From: Oikopleura dioica
Lineage: Eukaryota; Animalia; Chordata
Assembly (NCBI GenBank): GCA_907165135.1
Contig: OU015568.1
Coordinates: forward strand, 4,774,001-4,838,000
DNA length: 64,000 bases
Reading direction: 5' to 3'
Part shown: piece after piece, positions 59,942 through 64,000 of the stretch
Position numbering within the stretch: the first letter of the stretch is position 1
Layout of the letters: every line of letters starts with the position of its first letter
Notes under the pieces: model-generated
The model's input: the letters and a program-made list of their open reading frames with translations, nothing else
Database searches by the model: none
What the model was told of the DNA's origin: nothing
Program-made: the position numbers and the translations under genes

Positions 59942-61714
59942 ATGTCGGATATTGATATGAGCGATAATGACGACGAGTACCAGATGGAGTACACGTCAGA
60001 GTCGGATTCAGAGCCAGATGTTGATCTTGAAAATCAGGTTGAAAGACTAAGAAAGCTCCTTTTCATCCCTTTCTAGTACTATACCGCTAAGGGGCTAAAA
60101 GAAAGTGGCGAAATCGACGAATCTTTAGCAGCATTCGACCGCGTTCTAGAGCTCGAGGAAGAGAAAGGCGAGTGGGGCTTCAAAGCTCTGAAGCAAAAGA
60201 CAAAAGTCAACTTCAAAAGCAAACGCTACGACGACATGCTGAACTCATACAAAGTCCTCCTCAGCTACATAAAAGCTCAGTGACGAGAAACTATTCTGAG
60301 CGATCGATTAACTCGATTTTGGACTACATTTCTGCGTCGAAGAATATGAAGCTGTTGAAGGAGTTTTACGGATTGACGCTGGAGTCGTTGAAAATTGCGA
60401 AAAATGATAGATTGTGGTTCAAGACGAACACGAAATTGGCGAGCTTGTATCTTGAGAATCATGACTGGAACTCACTACTCGTTATTTTGAAGGTAAAGTA
60501 TTTTTATACATATTATCATGATAAAAATCAAATCTATGAGAGTTGTAATAGATAAGTTATAACTTATAAGTTATAAGATAACCATAAATTGGATAAAAAG
60601 CGGAATTATTGTTTTGAATCGACACACAATTTCATTGTCAAAATGATTCAAAAGTTCTCGTGAGAAAATGATGTGTGCCCTTGTGACACCGTCCTTTTAG
60701 TAAAGTTTTTAAATATATAAATACCAATTTTAACTCATGTTCAGCAACTGCGAAGCAGCTGTCAAACAGAATCGGGCGAAGAGGACCTAAAAAAGGGCAC
60801 CCAGCTGCTAGAAATCATCCAAATCGACATCCAAATGAGCACTCTTCGAAAAGACAACAAGCGACTGAAATTCCTCTACGAAAAGAGTAAAAGCATCAAA
60901 ACAGGCATTCCTCATCCGTTGACGAAGGGGATAATCCACGAGTGCGGCGGAAAAATGCATCTTTCTGAAGAAAACTTCGCCGGTAAGGTCCTGTCTCTAT
61001 TTCAAGATGATCAAGATGATTCTAGCCGCGCACACTGACTTTTTTGAAGCCTTCAAGTGTTTCGATGAAGCTGGTTCGCCAAGGCGCATTTCTTGCTTGA
61101 AATATCTTGTTCTCGCGAATATGCTCAGTTCATCGGACATCAATCCGTTCGACAGTCAAGAAGCAAAACCATACAAGGTAGCATTCCTACCTATCATCAA
61201 TACTCATTTTCTAGCGCTACGATGATATCAGCGCGATGACAGCTCTTCGAGAAGCGTATCAGACGAACGATATCGAAGGTTTCCAGACCATCGTTGCAGA
61301 TCCAAAATCACATGACGCAATCATGGGCGATCCTTTTATACGAGAACACATTGAATCCCTTCTGAAGCTAGTCCGCACGCAGAAATTGACCAAGCTCATC
61401 ATCCCTTACAAAAGGTTAGACAGGGCCTACTTCTATTCTGACAGTATTTGAGGATCAAAATGTCTCGATTAGCAGAAGAGCTAAAAGTCAACCTTGAGGA
61501 CATCGAAAGGCTGCTTGTAAACTGCATCGCTGAGGAAATCATCGACGCCAGAATCGACCAAAAGAACCTGCTCGTCTTGATGAACGAAAAAGAACCAGAT
61601 CAGGAAAGATTGAGAGACACGGGCTTCGCGAGCTGGGGCGCGAACATAGCCGAACTTAATAGAAACATTGAATATTATCAAAGAATGCCAACAGCGAAAA
61701 AGTTCGGCTACTGA
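59942..61714 (+). CDS. COPS2: COP9 signalosome subunit 2
   Basis: [12 protein letters not shown]|[55 protein letters not shown]...[32 protein letters not shown]. One frameshift at A-run 60271-60274. Confidence 0.95.
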
Positions 61715-61820
61715 CTCTGACTTCACTGTTTTGTACTATTTTGCTACCATTCACTACCGATTCCACCTGGTTCAGGAATAAAGTTCAACCAAAGAATTTC
61801 GACAATTTTTTCATTCAGAA

Positions 61821-63315
61821 ATGACCCTTTTTGGCAATTCGGGGAGCAGTTTCGGATCTTCAAGCAATTCAAACAGCAACAAAGAGCATTTTATTCAAGA
61901 AGTTCCGAACGATACAGTCTCTAGGCTTCGATTTACTGGTGCAAATTCTTCAAATGGACAGGTATTTCCTTGATTTATCGACTTTTTCAAGCGTCTTAGT
62001 TCTTGGCTTCGACTTCTTGGGCAAATGATGTTAGAATCTGGCAAGTAGCGACTCAGAGTTCTGGCGGTAGCTTTGGAAATAATGGGTAAAATCATGACTC
62101 GATGTTGATTTCACTCGAACTTGTTTTCAAGAAATTTCCAAATGGCGACTCAAGCAAAAGCTATGAAAAATCACGAAGGTCCGGTTCTCGATTGCTGCTG
62201 GACTGGAGACAATACCAAGCTGTTTTCTGTTGGAGCGGATAAGAAAGGAATGGTGAGTTTGTTCTGCTTATTTTTGATCCTCACGATGGGTTTAGTTGTG
62301 GGATCTTGGAGCTGATAGCTTCAATCAAGTTGCGGCACATGACCAGCCGATCACTTGTTGTGCCTATGCGAAGGGGAATAATTACGAATGCATGGTTACT
62401 GGAAGTTTGGATAAAACGATCAAAATGTGGGATATGCGACAATCTACTCCAGCGAAAACTTTTAACTGCCCAGAGGTAAAGAGCATTTAACAAAGAGGGT
62501 TTGACTGTAAAAACTAGAGAGTGTACGCGATGGACTTGATGATGCCGATCATGGTCGCCGTCACAGCCGACAAGAAGCTCCTTGGTTACAGAATGGACAA
62601 CGATCCGTCAGAGTGGAAAGTATTCGAGTCACAGCTCAAGCAGCAATTAAGATGCATTTCAATCTTCAAGAATAAAAACGGAACCGAGCCGTTTGGCTTT
62701 GCTTGTGGATCTATTGGTAATCCATATCGAGTCCTTTATGTCTTCAATAAATCATTTAGAGGGAAGAGTTGCCATTCACAATTTCCAGCCAGACAAGCCA
62801 GTTGATAACTTCACATTCAAATGCCACAGGTAAGCTCTCTCCCGGCTCTTCTCCTCCTCACTGTTTCCAAGAGGACCGAACAACACAAGCTCGAGAGATG
62901 CTCAAGAAATTTACCCAGTCAACGACATCGCCTTCCATCCAAATTACACCGGTCTTTTGGCGACTGTCGGCTCAGATGGAAAATATACCTTCTGGGACAA
63001 GGTAAACCACTCATGTCATCCGAAATAACCAGAAACCCAGGACAACCGAACGAAAATCCACGGCGCTCAAAATATGAACACAAATAACGACCCGAAGAAG
63101 TCGATTTCTTGCTGTACTGTCGATCACGAAGGAAAGATATTTGCATACAGGTTCGTCCCGACGAAGTGGACACGAGTTAAAATTATTCTAGCGTCGGTTA
63201 CGATTGGCACAGAGGTCACGAATCTAACGATCCAAACACGAAGCCACAGATTGTTCTCAGAAACGTCGTGGATGAGTTCAAGCCAAAAAGGAGAGGTTCC
63301 CAATTTCCCGATTGA
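61821..63315 (+). CDS. RAE1: mRNA export factor RAE1 (WD40)
   Basis: [70 protein letters not shown], and YDWHRGHE. Confidence 0.95.
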
Positions 63316-63764
63316 ATATTTTGAATGAATTTTTATGCTCAAATTTGGAACCTTTCTGAAGTAAGTAATTAACGAAAGAAAAAAAACCTTCACGACAAAC
63401 TACACAATTGACAAAAACTGATAAATACCGACGTCAATTTTAGGTTGAATTGCCACACTTCTTAGGCCACAGTTTAGTCTTTCATTCAAGTTTTAAATAT
63501 GAATATTTGTTGCACTGCCTTTTTAAAATGAATAAAAACTCACATGTCACCACAAATTTGAATGAGTTGAAGAATATTTCTTCAATTCAAGTGTTATTCG
63601 ATTATTAGGAAGCAGAAAGCCTTTGAGTTCATGAGCATTTGAGCAACAGAAGACAGCCTAAATAAATAAAGAAATTGTTATGCACGAGACTATCCATGAG
63701 AAATCCAGCAGGTGTTCATCAGCAGAAAAGAGTAGCAGGGCAATTCTGAGCATAAAAAATAGAA

Positions 63765-64000
63765 ATGAAGCTTGTCGATTTTCTTTTACCAACCGTCTCT
63801 CTCGGAGCTTACTGCCGAGGCGGTCCCAAGCCCGATGCTCCTTTGAACTTGAGCCCCATCTTGGACCAAGAGCCGACTTTCGTCAAGGAAGTTGAGAATG
63901 GACGACTTTACACTGTCAACACAGGTTGTCTCGCAATAGATCTATCAAATAACTAGGCTGTTTTCCAAGGAAACAATGAGGTAACCATCGCTCACGTTTT
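63765..64000 (+). CDS. Secreted dcd1/peptidase-C45-like (NTN hydrolase) protein, 5' part only
   Basis: Signal-like start MKLVDFLLPTVSLGAYC, then GGPKPDAPLNLSPI...VKEVENGRLYTV|...EVTIAHV, resembling dcd1-type acid-ceramidase-like proteins. Truncated by the window end. Confidence 0.45.

Overview
Compact, intron-rich eukaryotic DNA. The 33-45 bp introns, TE families, S100 gene and env-bearing gypsy element point to an appendicularian tunicate, most likely Oikopleura dioica or a close relative (inference). The centre holds a full-length, apparently very recent env-bearing Ty3/gypsy (Tor-like) element at 12006-21882. It has 347-bp LTRs with no differences seen by eye, a TCAAG target-site duplication, a single 1813-aa gag-pol ORF and a class-I-fusion-like env split by one frameshift in a C6 run. 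Its most unusual parts are (i) a 1.6-kb pol-env spacer built as a higher-order array of ~182-bp monomers, most carrying a bZIP (AP-1/CRE) site directly followed by ATTCTAGA and ending in a TATA promoter for env; (ii) a tandem HEH/SAP-like module at the integrase C-terminus; and (iii) a 33-aa env duplication under purifying selection next to the furin site. The left arm holds a cNMP-binding-domain gene and a tandem array of three type-II membrane CUB genes with hypervariable loops. The right arm holds MLCK, a beta-propeller family gene, a CUB-like gene, S100-like, PH-domain and CoREST-like genes, myotubularin with a nested antisense BPNT1, RBM39, COPS2, RAE1 and the start of a dcd1/C45-like gene. 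At least six MITE families occur, including about 13 copies of one whose TIR core is an AP-1 site. Single-base homopolymer frameshifts in COPS2 and BPNT1 suggest assembly errors, which bears on how to read the env frameshift. Exon structures were worked out by hand; no database searches were possible.
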